NCBI GenBank assembly: GCA_027450205.1
Contig: DAIDJL010000002.1
Span: 7,870 to 71,869, forward strand
DNA length: 64,000 nucleotides
DNA from: Candidatus Parcubacteria bacterium
GTDB taxonomy: Bacteria > Patescibacteriota > Minisyncoccia > UBA6257 > 2-01-FULL-56-20
Direction: 5' to 3'
The notes under the pieces: model-generated
Told to the model about the DNA's origin: nothing
Database searches by the model: none
The model's input: the letters and a program-made list of their open reading frames with translations, nothing else
Position numbers and translations under genes: made by a program
In this document: positions 62,707 through 64,000 of the stretch, piece by piece
How positions within the stretch are numbered: position 1 is the first letter of the stretch
Layout: each line of letters opens with the position of its first letter

Positions 62707-62731
62707 AACAGCCACGAAATGTGGCTGTTTT
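62707..62731. terminator. Bidirectional hairpin (aacagccac-gaaat-gtggctgtttt) downstream of trxB
   Basis: Stem plus a T-run. Confidence 0.5.
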
Positions 62732-62820
62732 CACGACAAGCGTAGATTTTGCCCGCAGTTCATGCGAACAGTGCCTTCACTAAGATAATATTCCGCGCGA
62801 AATAAATGTCAACTTTCTTT

Positions 62821-63750
62821 TTAACTTTTTTTAATCTTGTCGTAAATGTTCAGCGTCGCCTTTATCGCATCCCCCACGGAAATGTTGTTCTGATCATAGA
62901 GCACGTCGCTCACGTCGCCCGCCGCCCAGATGCCCGGGCATGAGGTCTGCTGCGTCTTGTGATCCACGACCACATGGCCGATGTCGTTCAGCTGGACAAG
63001 GTCCTTCACGAAATCGGAATTCGGCACGAGCCCGATCTCCACGAACACGCCGTCAAGCGGGAGATCTTTTGACTCCCCCGTCTTTACGTCCTTATATTTG
63101 ACGCCGGTCACGAACTGCGATCCTTCGCCACCATGGATCTCTTCAATGACCGAGTTCCATAAGATCTCCACCTGCGGATGGCTCTTTACCTTTTCCTGCG
63201 TGACCGGATCTCCGCGCAATACCTCCGAGCGGACGAAAAGATATATCTTTGAGGCGTACTGCAGCAGATCTTCAACGCCCTCAAGCGCGGAGTTGCCGCC
63301 ACCCACGACCGCCACCGTCTTGCCACCGAAGAGGGGCGCGTCGCACGTGGTGCAGAACACTACGCCCTTGCCGTCAAACTGGTCCTCGCCCGGAACGCCA
63401 AGCCGTTTGCGGCGCGAGCCGGAGGTAAGCAGGATATATTTCGTTTCCACCGTCTTTCCCTTTTTTGTCGTTACCAAAAATGTTCCGTCGTCGCGCTTTG
63501 CCACGCTTGTGACGAGGTCGTCATCCACGATGTCGATTCCCTGCTGGGCGCGAAGATGTTCCTCCAGCGATTTCGCGAGATCGTATCCGGAGATGGATTT
63601 CGTGCCGATCCAGTTTTCTATGCCGTTGGAAACCAAAGACTGCCCGCCGAAACCGTCGGTGATCAGTGCCGTTTTTATCTTTTTGCGCGCGGCGTAAACG
63701 CCGGCGGCAACGCCGCCCGGCCCCCCGCCGATGATGATAAGGTCGTACAT
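62821..63750 (-). CDS. trxB: Thioredoxin reductase
   Basis: GGGPGG FAD motif, CTTC redox pair, NAD(P) motif. Confidence 0.9.
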   Translation of the reverse strand: MYDLIIIGGGPGGVAAGVYAARKKIKTALITDGFGGQSLVSNGIENWIGTKSISGYDLAKSLEEHLRAQQGIDIVDDDLVTSVAKRDDGTFLVTTKKGKTVETKYILLTSGSRRKRLGVPGEDQFDGKGVVFCTTCDAPLFGGKTVAVVGGGNSALEGVEDLLQYASKIYLFVRSEVLRGDPVTQEKVKSHPQVEILWNSVIEEIHGGEGSQFVTGVKYKDVKTGESKDLPLDGVFVEIGLVPNSDFVKDLVQLNDIGHVVVDHKTQQTSCPGIWAAGDVSDVLYDQNNISVGDAIKATLNIYDKIKKS

Positions 63751-63786
63751 GAAATTTCGATTAAAACTTTTTTGGCGGGACGGGCG

Positions 63787-64000
63787 CTACGCCGCGGGAG
63801 CAGCCGCCTTTCCGAGCCCGAGCAACCCCTCTATCGTCCTCTGGTCAAATCCAATGATGATGTTGTTATCGATGTCGATGACGGGCACGCCCAGCTGATG
63901 CGACTTATTGACCATTTCCTCGCGCGCCTTCAGATCTGATGCGACATTATGGTCCTCGTACGCGACGTTGTTCTTTGCAAAGAACTCCTTTGCCATTTTG
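63787..64000 (-). CDS. Glutaredoxin/NrdH-like small redox protein, partial. The N-terminus with the presumed CxxC lies beyond the window end.
   Basis: C-terminal Grx fold motifs (GVPVIDIDNNIIIGFD). The ORF-track start is an internal Met. Confidence 0.4.
   Translation of the reverse strand, partial: KMAKEFFAKNNVAYEDHNVASDLKAREEMVNKSHQLGVPVIDIDNNIIIGFDQRTIEGLLGLGKAAAPAA

Overview
The window is a 64 kb stretch of GC-rich bacterial chromosome (GC judged by eye), densely coding and mostly housekeeping. By inference from gene content it resembles a Patescibacteria/CPR-like lineage or another small-genome bacterium: a short IF-2, nusG followed by rpsR, type IV pilus genes next to dprA, and a giant wall-anchored repeat protein. 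Recognisable genes, in order: alaS (partial, minus), rpoD, dnaG, a CAP/SCP-domain membrane protein, a 1261-aa DUF11-repeat surface protein with a C-terminal peptidoglycan-binding domain, three secreted coiled-coil/low-complexity proteins, an orphan histidine kinase, and a type IV pilus/competence locus (ftsB-like, pseudopilin, pilin, pilC, pilB, major pilin, PilO-like, dprA) interrupted by rluA and tRNA-Ile/Val. Then topA, relA/spoT, parAB, ilvE, rbfA, infB, a P-type (P3A-like) ATPase, an ArsR/DUF302-glutaredoxin pair, a PLD-family protein, a Dus-family tRNA-dihydrouridine synthase, a 3D-domain protein, dedA, mscL, an ABC exporter, a PAP2 phosphatase, rpsR-nusG-secE, gyrB, an S53 sedolisin, pepF, apbE, UMP-kinase-like, htpX, lemA, groES/groEL with a CIRCE operator, trxB and a partial glutaredoxin-like gene. 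I identified eight tRNAs by eye: Gly-CCC, Ile-GAT, Val-GAC, Leu-CAA, Leu-TAA, Cys-GCA, Ser-GCT and Ser-GGA. The most interesting locus is downstream of tRNA-Ser(GCT). A translationally coupled three-gene operon (DHFR/RibD-C-like reductase, CofE-like gamma-glutamyl ligase, RimK-like ATP-grasp ligase) is bracketed by ~300-bp direct repeats. Each repeat begins with a copy of the tRNA-Ser 3' end and contains the 3' end of the reductase gene; the distal copy is a truncated pseudogene. This looks like a tRNA-associated islet carrying a candidate pterin-type cofactor reduction/glutamylation module. A similar tRNA 3'-end repeat scar lies downstream of tRNA-Leu(CAA). Other notable features are a 34-bp perfect inverted repeat overlapping the rpsR stop codon, near-identical ~270-bp internal repeats and GGN tracts in the giant surface gene, and an MscL with a C-terminal zinc ribbon.
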